Below, in pieces: positions 30,004 to 39,148 of a DNA stretch of 64,000 nucleotides. Within the stretch, counting starts at the first letter, position 1. Each line of letters begins with the position of its first letter. The translations under genes and the position numbers were made by a program. This DNA comes from Bdellovibrio sp. (GTDB lineage Bacteria; Bdellovibrionota; Bdellovibrionia; Bdellovibrionales; Bdellovibrionaceae), in the NCBI GenBank assembly GCA_036676395.1, contig JAKFCY010000002.1:1984001-2048000 (forward strand), given 5' to 3'. Below the pieces are notes generated by a model. The model searched no databases, was not told the origin of the DNA, and saw nothing but the letters and a program-made list of their open reading frames with translations.

Positions 30004-30757
30004 TACACCAAATAATTCTAAGATTACTTATACCTATAAAATTGAAGGTATGACTTGCAGCTCGTGTGTTGAGAAAATTACCTACCGATTGAAAGCACTA
30101 CCCGGAGTTTCTTGGGTTAATGTCAGCCTAAGCGAAAAAAAAGCAGACATCATCGCTGACCGCGCAGTTTTACTAAAAGAAATTCAAAGTGCCATTGCAG
30201 ATATGCCTAAATATAAAGTGGATTTTTATGACGCCGTTGAAACCAGTAGTGTGTTACCACAGCAAAAAACATTTTTTCAAACTTACAAACCTCTCTTTAC
30301 AATCTTTGGATATGTATTAATTTTTAGCATAGCGTATCAAATTAGCCGTGGAACATTCTCAGCTCATTATTTCATGAATCACATCATGGCGGGATTTTTT
30401 GTTGGTTTGTCGTTTTTTAAATTTTTAGATTTAAAATCTTTTGCAACCGCATTTTCAAATTACGATCCGTTAGCAAAAAAATGGAAAGCTTACGGTGTAA
30501 TTTACCCTTTTATTGAGCTTACACTTGGTTTTTTGTTCATCGCTGACAAATTCTTAGTGTTTGCAAATGTTATGACGATTTTAGTGCTTACAACGACCAC
30601 AATCGGCGTTTATCAAAAAATTAAAAGTAAGAGTCAATTTCAGTGTGCCTGCCTAGGTGCTGGGTTTAATTTACCTCTGTCGAATGTTACTATTTTTGAA
30701 AATTTAGCTATGGTTGTAATGGCTTTAGTCGGAATTTTTTCGCCACTGTCACTCTAA
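29987..30757 (+). CDS. HMA domain fused to a MauE/DoxX-like membrane domain
   Basis: GMTCSSC; FSFFK.LD..F...F..YD, YPFIEL, CACLG...LP. Confidence 0.85.
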   Translation: MEATTNTPNNSKITYTYKIEGMTCSSCVEKITYRLKALPGVSWVNVSLSEKKADIIADRAVLLKEIQSAIADMPKYKVDFYDAVETSSVLPQQKTFFQTYKPLFTIFGYVLIFSIAYQISRGTFSAHYFMNHIMAGFFVGLSFFKFLDLKSFATAFSNYDPLAKKWKAYGVIYPFIELTLGFLFIADKFLVFANVMTILVLTTTTIGVYQKIKSKSQFQCACLGAGFNLPLSNVTIFENLAMVVMALVGIFSPLSL

Positions 30758-30798
30758 ATTAAGGTCTATCTTTTGCTTCTAAATATTTAGGAGGAAAA

Positions 30799-32109
30799 AT
30801 GACTCATACATCGTTTTCATTAGCGGCTATAGTTTTTCTAACAAATATGGCAAATGCCCAAATGGATCATTCAGGCCTGGATCATTCTAAAATGAATCAT
30901 GCGATGATGGACCATCGCACTCAATGGGGCTCTTCGACTTGTCAAGACAACGAGGCTTGGGATTATTCACAAGGGATGTGTTTATTACTTAATAAAGATG
31001 GCTCTGAAAAGTCTCAGCTTATGATCCATGGCAATGCTTTTTTTACTGGAATTTGGGCCGAGAAGCCACGCGGTAAGGATCAATTTGCTATCCCTAATAT
31101 GGTGATGACAAATTATGGGCGCTCTTTTGGCGAACGACAGTTTGTTAATGTAAATATTATGCTTACATTTGAGCGTTGGACTTTTCACAAAGATGGTTAT
31201 TCAGAGTTGTTACAAATCGGTGAACATGATGACGACGGAAATCCGTATATAGATGCGCAACACCCTCATTCTTCGCCGATTATGGGTTTAACCTTTAGCG
31301 ATACTTTTTATATAGGTGATAACAAAGACAACCTTAGATTATTTTTTGCACCGCGAGGCCAATCGACGGATGGACCAGTTGCATTTATGCACAGACCTAC
31401 CGGCATGGCCAATCCTGATGCCCCGTTAGGCCATCATTTAGCACAAGATGTGGGGCACATAACGAGCACTGTATTAGGCGCATCGCTAACAAAATCTAAA
31501 ACTACATTAGAGCTATCGGCTTTTCATGGAGAAGAACCAGAGCCTACAAAAACAGATCTTCCCATGGGTGAACTTGATTCTTATGCGGCTCGGGTGTCGC
31601 AGGAGCTATCAACTAAATGGCAAATGATGATTTCTGCTTCTTTTGTTAAAAATCCCGAAGGCGATCACAATCCTGATTTAGATCATATTTGGCGGTATTC
31701 GTTATCCAGCTACAATCAAGTTGCGCTTAATAGCGAATGGACTTTAAGCAACACTTTGATTTATGGAGTAATTAATTTTTATGATGAAATACCAAAACTA
31801 GCTTCAGTAAATGAAGAATTTCTTTTCCATAAAAAACCATTAAATATCTGGGGAAGAATAGAATTCGTCCAAAGATCGGCAGCACAGTTAGCCATTGCAA
31901 CGACATCTGATAACCTGGCTGCACAAGATATCTATGCCGTGACTTTGGGTTATACCCACGACTTGCCAGCGTGGGAGTTTTTAAAATTCGGCTTAGGTGG
32001 CTCACTTACCAAAATTTTATTACCCGATAAATTAGAAAGGGCCTACAATGCAGACCCTGTGAGTGGACGGTTGTTTCTTCAATTAACTGGCTTATGGATG
32101 CAAAGGTAA
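30799..32109 (+). CDS. Secreted, probably outer-membrane protein with a Met/His-rich N-terminus
   Basis: MDHSGLDHSKMNHAMMDH; DAQHPH, GPVAFMHR, APLGHH..D..HIT; amphipathic beta-strands. Confidence 0.65.
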   Translation: MTHTSFSLAAIVFLTNMANAQMDHSGLDHSKMNHAMMDHRTQWGSSTCQDNEAWDYSQGMCLLLNKDGSEKSQLMIHGNAFFTGIWAEKPRGKDQFAIPNMVMTNYGRSFGERQFVNVNIMLTFERWTFHKDGYSELLQIGEHDDDGNPYIDAQHPHSSPIMGLTFSDTFYIGDNKDNLRLFFAPRGQSTDGPVAFMHRPTGMANPDAPLGHHLAQDVGHITSTVLGASLTKSKTTLELSAFHGEEPEPTKTDLPMGELDSYAARVSQELSTKWQMMISASFVKNPEGDHNPDLDHIWRYSLSSYNQVALNSEWTLSNTLIYGVINFYDEIPKLASVNEEFLFHKKPLNIWGRIEFVQRSAAQLAIATTSDNLAAQDIYAVTLGYTHDLPAWEFLKFGLGGSLTKILLPDKLERAYNADPVSGRLFLQLTGLWMQR

Positions 32110-32209
32110 GATTTCGCGCGCCGACCACAATGCCAGATTCATTTTGCCCACCTAAAGCATAAACACGGCTGATTCAACTCCCTTTTAACGTGTCAAAAAT
32201 AGACTTTAG

Positions 32210-32241
32210 TTGCAAAACATTCTAAAATTCATTAGAATGTT
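32210..32241 (+). promoter_or_regulatory. Sigma-70 promoter overlapped by a palindromic operator (probably ArsR)
   Basis: TTGCAA-N17-TAGAAT; AACATTCTAA-N6-TTAGAATGTT at 32216-32241. Confidence 0.75.
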
Positions 32242-32244
32242 AGT

Positions 32245-32937
32245 ATGAAACGTAAAATAAAAGATTCGGTCTATGGTCATATGGCGACAGTTACTAAAGC
32301 TTTGGGCAATCCTAAGCGCTTAGAAATTATTGACCTTTTAAGTCAGGGCGAGAAGTCTGTCGAACTGCTCGCTGAACAAGCTGAGTTAGGAATCAAAAAT
32401 GCCAGCGCTCAATTAAAAGAGTTAAAAGCTGCCCGGCTGGTGGAATCGCGTAAAGACGGTAAATATGTTTATTACAAATTGAGTGATCCACAGGTTGCCC
32501 GCTTCTGGGTAGAACTTAGCAAGTTTTCTCGAAATCGCATCGCTGAAATTGAACAACTTTTATCGCTAGCAATCGGTCAGGCAGACGTCTTAGAAAAAAT
32601 CGACCGCGAAACACTACTTAAGCGCGCCAAATCTGGAGATGTCATTTTACTTGATGTCAGACCGGAAGATGAATTTTCAACAGCACACTTACCCTTTGCG
32701 CGCTCTATTCCTATCACCGCACTAAAAGCCCGCTTAAAGGATTTGCCTAAATCAAAAATGATTGTTGCCTACTGCCGCGGCCCTTATTGCTTCTATGCAA
32801 AAGATGCCGTGGATTTTCTTCGAAAAAATGGGTTCAAAGCAGAGCAATTAAAAGACAGCGTTCACGATTGGGCCTCTGAAGGTTTACCTGTTGAAACTTT
32901 CTGTACTCCAACTTACCCAATGAAAGGAAAAATATGA
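32245..32937 (+). CDS. ArsR-family regulator fused to a rhodanese domain
   Basis: KALGNPKRLEIIDLLSQGE, LVESRKDG..VYY; DVRP.DEF..AHLP.A.SIP, YCRGPYC. Confidence 0.9.
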   Translation: MKRKIKDSVYGHMATVTKALGNPKRLEIIDLLSQGEKSVELLAEQAELGIKNASAQLKELKAARLVESRKDGKYVYYKLSDPQVARFWVELSKFSRNRIAEIEQLLSLAIGQADVLEKIDRETLLKRAKSGDVILLDVRPEDEFSTAHLPFARSIPITALKARLKDLPKSKMIVAYCRGPYCFYAKDAVDFLRKNGFKAEQLKDSVHDWASEGLPVETFCTPTYPMKGKI

Positions 32938-33665
32938 TTCTGCGACAATTTCTTCATAAAGATCCAATTGGAATCTCTTATTTATTCGGCTGCGTGGGCC
33001 AAGCCTCTGCAGCCGTTGTCGACCCTGCAAATGATGTCGATTTTTACATTAAGGCAGCAACAGAAACTGGTGTTCGCATTTGCTATGTCATCGACACACA
33101 CATTCACGCCGATCACGTGTCGGCAGGCAAAAGATTAGCAGAGGCGACCGGAGCTGAGTATATTTTATCTTCAAAGGCAGAGGTTTCATTTTCATTTAAA
33201 GCTGTTAACGATAAAGACATTCTACAACTCGGCAATGTATCAATCGAGATTTGGCATACACCAGGACACACTCCAGAGCATTTAAGTTTGATCGTTAGAG
33301 ACCACACCCGATCAGAAGACCCATGGTTTGTTGCCACTGGACACACACTGATGGTGGGAGATTTAGGCCGAACCGAACTTGCTACTTCAGCAGAGGCCGG
33401 CGCAAAAGATCTTTACAAAAGTATCAACAGACTTAAAACTCTTCCGGACTATATTGAAATTATGCCCGGAGCTTACGCCGGCTCGGTTTGCGGACGACGA
33501 CTGAGCGGAAAACCCTTCTCTACGATTGGTTTTGAAAAACGTAACAATCAAGCCTTTAAGATTAATGATGAAGCTGAATTTATTCAATTCATGATCAATG
33601 AAACTCCCCCTGAACCAGACGGCGCTGCGAAACTTCGCGCCATAAATTCAGGTTTAACAAAATGA
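32934..33665 (+). CDS. MBL-fold hydrolase, persulfide dioxygenase/glyoxalase II-like
   Basis: DTHIHADH, TPGHTPEH, VGDLGR, GS.CG, STIGFEK. Confidence 0.85.
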   Translation: MILRQFLHKDPIGISYLFGCVGQASAAVVDPANDVDFYIKAATETGVRICYVIDTHIHADHVSAGKRLAEATGAEYILSSKAEVSFSFKAVNDKDILQLGNVSIEIWHTPGHTPEHLSLIVRDHTRSEDPWFVATGHTLMVGDLGRTELATSAEAGAKDLYKSINRLKTLPDYIEIMPGAYAGSVCGRRLSGKPFSTIGFEKRNNQAFKINDEAEFIQFMINETPPEPDGAAKLRAINSGLTK

Positions 33666-34936
33666 CATTGAAAAATTCAGAAGCTTCAGGCGTTAAACTG
33701 GGATTAAGCGAGAACTGGATTCAGTTTTCACTTTTAGTGTTAGTAAATATTTTTGTCGGCGGCATGATTGGTCTTGAACGAACAGTCGTTCCACTTATCG
33801 GCTCTGAAGAATTCAAAATATCATCTACAACATTAATTGCTTCTTTCATTGCAAGTTTCGGCATAGCAAAAGCGTTTACTAATCTGGTGTCAGGCGAGAT
33901 GGCCGATCGCTTTGGCAGAAAAAAAACCTTAGTGCTGGGATGGCTGTTGGGAATTCCTGTGCCGTTTTTAATTATCTGGGCACCGAGCTGGAACTGGATA
34001 ATTGCCGCTAATATTCTTTTAGGTGTCAGCCAAGGTTTTGCGTGGTCCATGTGTGTGATTATGAAAATCGATCTCGTTGGGCCAAAATCCCGTGGCCTTG
34101 CCGTTGGCTTAAATGAATTCGCCGGATATTTTATGGTCGGCCTTACTGCATATTTAACCGGGCTAATTGCTTCTACGACAGGTCACCTCAGGCCAGAGCC
34201 ATTTTATTTAGGAATCGGCTATGCGTTTTCTGGCCTTCTTATCTCTATATTTTTTGTGCGCGATACGATTCATCACGTTAATCTTGAAGCCGCAAATCAT
34301 TCTTTAGAAAAAGTGATTTCTTTTAAAGATGTTTTTCTAAAGACGTCTTTTAAAGACCGAAACCTTTTAGCGGCGTCTCAGGCTGGTTTAGTTAATAATC
34401 TGAATGACGGAATGAGCTGGGCTATTTTTCCACTTTTTTTTGTGGCTCGCGGATTGGGCGTTGAGCCCATTGGTATTTTGAAAGCGATTTACCCGGGCGT
34501 TTGGGGCGTCATGCAAACTATTACCGGCCCAATCAGTGACCGTATTGGCCGTAAAGGATTGATTGTCTTCGGCATGTGGACTCAGGCAGCCGCACTTTTT
34601 ATGGTGCCGATTCTTACTGGTTTTTATTGGTGGCTCGTGGCAAGCGTACTCTTAGGCATTGGAACTGCGATGGTTTATCCAACATTAATCGCGTCGGTTT
34701 CAGATTATTCGCATCCCTTGTGGCGAGCTCGATCATTAAGTATCTATAGATTTTGGCGCGATATCGGGTATGCCGTTGGCGCATTGCTAGCAGGACTGGT
34801 TGGCGATGCCTATGGACTGAGTTGGTCGATCGCAGCGGTAGGATTACTGACGTTTATATCCGGCGCGATTGTCGCAGCCCTTATGACCGACGACAAACCA
34901 AGAATAATGCCTTACGCCCAAGGAAAGTCTCTCTGA
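33662..34936 (+). CDS. MFS transporter
   Basis: GGMIGLERTVVP, DRFGRK, GLNEFAGY, NNLNDG, YRFWRDIGY. Confidence 0.9.
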   Translation: MTLKNSEASGVKLGLSENWIQFSLLVLVNIFVGGMIGLERTVVPLIGSEEFKISSTTLIASFIASFGIAKAFTNLVSGEMADRFGRKKTLVLGWLLGIPVPFLIIWAPSWNWIIAANILLGVSQGFAWSMCVIMKIDLVGPKSRGLAVGLNEFAGYFMVGLTAYLTGLIASTTGHLRPEPFYLGIGYAFSGLLISIFFVRDTIHHVNLEAANHSLEKVISFKDVFLKTSFKDRNLLAASQAGLVNNLNDGMSWAIFPLFFVARGLGVEPIGILKAIYPGVWGVMQTITGPISDRIGRKGLIVFGMWTQAAALFMVPILTGFYWWLVASVLLGIGTAMVYPTLIASVSDYSHPLWRARSLSIYRFWRDIGYAVGALLAGLVGDAYGLSWSIAAVGLLTFISGAIVAALMTDDKPRIMPYAQGKSL

Positions 34937-34990
34937 AAATAAACTTTTAAGAGAGATATTAACCTGCAAAAAAATGTGGGTTTTACTTTT
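34915..34990 (+). repeat. Direct repeat copy 2 (decayed), overlapping the MFS stop
   Basis: Aligns to 24169-24244; all 8 mismatches in the first 48 nt are G>A or C>T. Confidence 0.85.
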
Positions 34991-35711
34991 GCAACAGCCC
35001 AACCTTGCTGGCTAAAATACACAGCCCATACCCGAAGTCGATTTCACCTTTTATTTTTGCGAAGTTCGCACTTTTTGGAAAAGCGTGATGATTATTTTGC
35101 AATCCTTCACCAAAAACAAAAAGACTTACAAAAGTATTGTTCGTTGAATGATCGTTGGTTTCAAAATTTCTATAACCATATTTATGCGCTAATGAATTTA
35201 CCATCCAGCCGTGAACAGGATGGCTCATAATCCCAACGTAATAAGCAGCTCCGATTATCCAAGCTCCGGCGAAATACCCGAAAGCTACTGAAATCGCTAA
35301 ATGCAGAAAATAAGGAATTAACCACATTTTTTTTCTATTCAGTCGACTGACTTCAAAATTTATATCAGTCACTAACTGGATATATTTTTTATTCTTTTTA
35401 ATCAGGCCGATTAATGCGCGTTCATAAGAACGAAGCTGACCTAAAGCCACACCAAATACCCCGAAGCGAACAGGGCTATGCGGATCATTTTCAGTGTCTG
35501 AATACATATGATGGGCCCGGTGCATACACACCCATGCTTTGGGATCAATTCCTGTTACCCATATCCCCGTTTTTGAGATCAGCCACACGGATGCTCGGTT
35601 TAATTTCACCGAACCGTGCGCAAGACCGCGGTGGTATAAAACTGTGATATAAAAAATATTTAGCAAGCTGGCCAATGAAAATACGATGAAGGCGATTAAA
35701 AAAGTATTCAC
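34983..35711 (-). CDS. Fatty acid (delta-9-type) desaturase
   Basis: His boxes YHRGLAH, HRAHH, NNHHAFP; DPHSP; GTG start. Confidence 0.9.
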   Translation of the reverse strand: MNTFLIAFIVFSLASLLNIFYITVLYHRGLAHGSVKLNRASVWLISKTGIWVTGIDPKAWVCMHRAHHMYSDTENDPHSPVRFGVFGVALGQLRSYERALIGLIKKNKKYIQLVTDINFEVSRLNRKKMWLIPYFLHLAISVAFGYFAGAWIIGAAYYVGIMSHPVHGWMVNSLAHKYGYRNFETNDHSTNNTFVSLFVFGEGLQNNHHAFPKSANFAKIKGEIDFGYGLCILASKVGLLQK

Positions 35712-35860
35712 TCTAAATCCTCGCCTTTAAAGTCGAACTCAAAATCAAATGGGTCAGCTAAAAAATAGACTGAAACTATCTTCTTTAGTTTTCGCTTAAG
35801 TTTGTTCTTTTTACGACGCAAGATGCGCTGAGCAAGGGCTTTATTTACGACTATAGTCAT
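35708..35860 (-). CDS. Small protein, 50 aa, translationally coupled to the desaturase
   Basis: AGGAG SD; MTIVVNKALAQRILRRKKNKLKRKLKKIVSVYFLADPFDFEFDFKGEDLE; stop overlaps the desaturase start (GTGA). Confidence 0.7.
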   Translation of the reverse strand: MTIVVNKALAQRILRRKKNKLKRKLKKIVSVYFLADPFDFEFDFKGEDLE

Positions 35861-35947
35861 ATATTCTCCTAGTTAACGTTTGTGTCTTTATTATGAGTTT
35901 ATTTTATAAATCAAGAGGTAAAATTACGATTCAAACGTTTATAATCA

Positions 35948-35967
35948 CAGTATACATACGTTTACTG
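35948..35967. promoter_or_regulatory. FabR/DesT-type operator
   Basis: CAGTATAC-ATAC-GTTTACTG palindrome between the desaturase unit and the FabR-like gene. Confidence 0.7.
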
Positions 35968-36028
35968 AGTTTAGCAAGGGGCCATTTTTACGTTGACTAA
36001 GCTATTGTAATCACGACACAATATCGGC

Positions 36029-36688
36029 ATGAGCCAACGATCAGAACAAAAGTCCAAAACAAGAGATCAATTAATAGCCTCTGGCTTAAAACTTAGCGGC
36101 AAAAAAGGCTTTTCAGCTTTGAGCTTACGCGAGGTCGCCACCGACGCCGGCATCACCCCTGCGGGCTTTTATAAACATTTTCATGACATGGAAGAATTAG
36201 GCTTAGCCATGCTAGACGAAGTTGGCTTAAGCCTTCGCAGACTTTTACGCGAAGCTCGCAAGAAAGTTGCGCCGGGCCCTGATGCCGTTCGATTATCAGT
36301 AGAAGCTTTTTTAAAATTTATTACTGAAAATGGAAACCTATTTCGCCTGCTGCTGGGCGAACGCCAAGGCGCAAGCCCAACGTTTAGAAAAGCCATTCAT
36401 ACAGAATTCGACCGGTTCGTTAGCGAAATGAGTGTCGATTTACAAAGAATCCATGAAGGTTTGAAATTACCCCTGCGCGACCCTGCTATGACGGCAGAGG
36501 CTATTGTAGCCATTGTATTTACATTGGGTGCTGAAGCGCTGGATTTGCCAAAGCATAAGCAAGTTGGGCTTGTAGAACGATTAACGGCGCATGTTCAAAC
36601 GATACTTCGTGGCTCTATTGATCTAGAGCGAAAAGTAAGCAAACCGAAAAAATCTAATCCGCGACGTGCTCGCTCGCTGGCGGAGTAA
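36029..36688 (+). CDS. TetR-family regulator, FabR/DesT-like
   Basis: F.ALSLREVA..AGI.P..FY.HF.DMEELGL...DE.GL.LR, FRLLL.ER.G.S..FR.AI..E. Confidence 0.85.
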   Translation: MSQRSEQKSKTRDQLIASGLKLSGKKGFSALSLREVATDAGITPAGFYKHFHDMEELGLAMLDEVGLSLRRLLREARKKVAPGPDAVRLSVEAFLKFITENGNLFRLLLGERQGASPTFRKAIHTEFDRFVSEMSVDLQRIHEGLKLPLRDPAMTAEAIVAIVFTLGAEALDLPKHKQVGLVERLTAHVQTILRGSIDLERKVSKPKKSNPRRARSLAE

Positions 36689-39059
36689 AACTCGTATTCC
36701 AACGAACAACCTGACTCACGCGAACTTCATCAACGACACCATTTAAAGACGTTGTGCCATTGTAGCCGACGCGAAGGGCTGCCGTCGAAGCCGCTAACCG
36801 ACTTGAACCTACAGTGCCAATACTTGATGTACCTTTAGCAACGCCGTTAAAATAATATTTGATCGAGCCTAAATTCCACGTCATTGCCACATGGTTAAAA
36901 CCTGCGGTCAAAGCTGTTTCTTCTGCGGCTGTAAAACTTGTCGATTTAACTTCGGAATATGTTGTACCGTTTAAACTACCGCGAAAATAAATAAAATATT
37001 TTGAGCCCTGTTTTCTGATGCCGTATTCAAAACTGGCCAAAGAAGATCCAGAATTAATTTTTGACACCACCGGAGCATAACTTCCAGGAAGAGAATTTAA
37101 TTGTACAAACGATTCTAGTGTTAAATAACTGGCGATCGCAGCTTGCGACGGCGTATTAGCTACTGTCACATAGTTTGAAGTCGTATTCATACTTCGGCCT
37201 TCAGAAAATTTACCGGCGACATTACCCGAAGAATTATCGCTTAAATCATTTTTAGCCCCGCCGCTATATAGGCCTGCATCAGCTAATGGTGAAGCGCTAT
37301 TCAGATGGTAAAGAGCAATACTTTTATAAGATTCTTGCGTCCATGTATAAGTGGCCGGCGTGCTATCGCTGTTGCCGGCTTGGTCAAGCGCGCGAATGTC
37401 TAATGTATGTGAACCATTTGATAGCGAAGAATAATTCAGTGGCGACACACAAGTGCTATAGGCGGCCCCGTCTAAACTGCATTGAAATGTGACTGGCGAT
37501 TCATCGGATGAAAACGTAAAAGTTGAAACCATCGAGTAATTCGTACTGCTTGGTTGCGAAGCCAGTGTTGTCATGGGCTCAACTGTGTCTTTTGTCCACG
37601 TCTTAGCTGTCTGAGCCGAATTACTAACTCCATTTGTTTGATAAACACTTAAATTATAAGTGCCATCCGGTTTGCTAATCGTGTAGCCAAAGGCTGAATC
37701 AACACAAGATACAGATAAGCTGTTGCTGGGAGTAATAACATCTGTTGCGCTTACGCCTTGCAAAACGACTGTCAGACCTGTTTCGCAAGTTCCGCTAAGA
37801 TTTAACTCGACAACATTACTGATAAAAGGTTGCGCAGAAGGAGACGTGATCGTGACCATCGGCAATGAAAAAGAATCGCGGATCCAATCCTGGTTTGCCG
37901 CGCCCGATGTGTTCTGCGCTAAATCAGTTTGATCAATAGCATAAGAATAGGCGCCATCCACAGCCTGAGAAACAGAAAATGTAAAACCTTGTGAAACACA
38001 AACCACCGACTGGTTGTCGTCTCCGGTTAAATTTACCGTAGCATTGTTTTCACAACTCCCTGTGATAACTAACATTGAACTGGTCGTAGCCGGTGAAAGT
38101 GTTGGCGATGTGATAATTGGTGCAACAGGAATTTGCGTATCGTACACCCACTGAAAATCATAAGTCGCCGATTCGATTAAGGTAACGGCATCTATTTGAT
38201 AAACCGAAAGCGTGTAAGCTCCATCAACTCCTTTCGCAATATTGATCGTGTAAGTACCACTTGCACTACAGGTCGTATTTGCCAGACTGGCACCCGCTTC
38301 GGCAATATGAACTATGTTATCGGCGATGCAAGAACCTGAAACCACCAGCGGAGAAAAATTTGTGTAATGCGGATTATCGGTAAAATTAGTAATCGCTGGC
38401 GTCGAAGGAATTGTCGTGTCGCGAACCCACGTAAAAGTGACTGCCGTCGATGAATTTGCGGCCGAGTCAATTTGGCTTAAATAATAATTATAAGCCCCAT
38501 CACTAGCTTGATTAATATTGTTAATTGAAAAAGTTCCGCCTGTGCATGATGTTGTTGCTGTATGACTTCCGGTCATAACCACAGAGGCACCGGTTTCGCA
38601 CTGACCAGCTAGGCTCAGACTAGAATCGCCCGAAGTAAAGGGACTGGTTAACGGACTAGTAATAATAATTTCGGCAGGCACATTATTATCTAAGATCCAT
38701 GACACCCTGACATTTCCTGAAGTACCGGCGGCATTGGCTTGGCTGACATCAAGAAAATAATTACCGCTTAAAGTTTTTGAAACAGTAAAACTATATGAAC
38801 TAGAAACACAAGCAGCACTTTGTGTATCATCACCACTCAACGTAACAGTTGCCTCGGATTCGCAGGCTCCGGTAATAGTTAAGGCTTGGTTCGTAAGGGC
38901 GTTCAGTGAAACTGGATTGGCCACCGTTGGTTTAGCTGGAACACTCACCGCGGGAGTTACTGAAGGGGCGAGGCCATCTTCTTCGATTTTTTTACTGCAA
39001 CTACTAAAAGTCAGCACAGTAAGCGCTATAAATAGTAAGTAAACGTACAACAAACGCAT
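36654..39059 (-). CDS. Surface lipoprotein with tandem Ig-like repeats and a C-terminal LamG/ConA-like domain
   Basis: FSSC lipobox; repeated G.CE..A.V...G and DG.Y...Q.D.A.N.S units; FQCSLDG..CVSP; NHVAMTW, DEVRVS. Confidence 0.8.
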   Translation of the reverse strand: MRLLYVYLLFIALTVLTFSSCSKKIEEDGLAPSVTPAVSVPAKPTVANPVSLNALTNQALTITGACESEATVTLSGDDTQSAACVSSSYSFTVSKTLSGNYFLDVSQANAAGTSGNVRVSWILDNNVPAEIIITSPLTSPFTSGDSSLSLAGQCETGASVVMTGSHTATTSCTGGTFSINNINQASDGAYNYYLSQIDSAANSSTAVTFTWVRDTTIPSTPAITNFTDNPHYTNFSPLVVSGSCIADNIVHIAEAGASLANTTCSASGTYTINIAKGVDGAYTLSVYQIDAVTLIESATYDFQWVYDTQIPVAPIITSPTLSPATTSSMLVITGSCENNATVNLTGDDNQSVVCVSQGFTFSVSQAVDGAYSYAIDQTDLAQNTSGAANQDWIRDSFSLPMVTITSPSAQPFISNVVELNLSGTCETGLTVVLQGVSATDVITPSNSLSVSCVDSAFGYTISKPDGTYNLSVYQTNGVSNSAQTAKTWTKDTVEPMTTLASQPSSTNYSMVSTFTFSSDESPVTFQCSLDGAAYSTCVSPLNYSSLSNGSHTLDIRALDQAGNSDSTPATYTWTQESYKSIALYHLNSASPLADAGLYSGGAKNDLSDNSSGNVAGKFSEGRSMNTTSNYVTVANTPSQAAIASYLTLESFVQLNSLPGSYAPVVSKINSGSSLASFEYGIRKQGSKYFIYFRGSLNGTTYSEVKSTSFTAAEETALTAGFNHVAMTWNLGSIKYYFNGVAKGTSSIGTVGSSRLAASTAALRVGYNGTTSLNGVVDEVRVSQVVRWNTSFTPPASEHVAD

Positions 39060-39148
39060 AACTTAATTATACCGACTTCTTTTAGCTTTTTAAATGAAGT
39101 TATCTAGGCGTATTAAATTGAGACATTTACGAACAATTCTTTATTTAT

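Noticed and set aside
34976..35647. Plus-strand ORFs 34976..35230 and 35414..35647, and similar short overlapping ORFs elsewhere
   Set aside because: Antisense or alternate-frame to well-supported genes, with no SD or motifs
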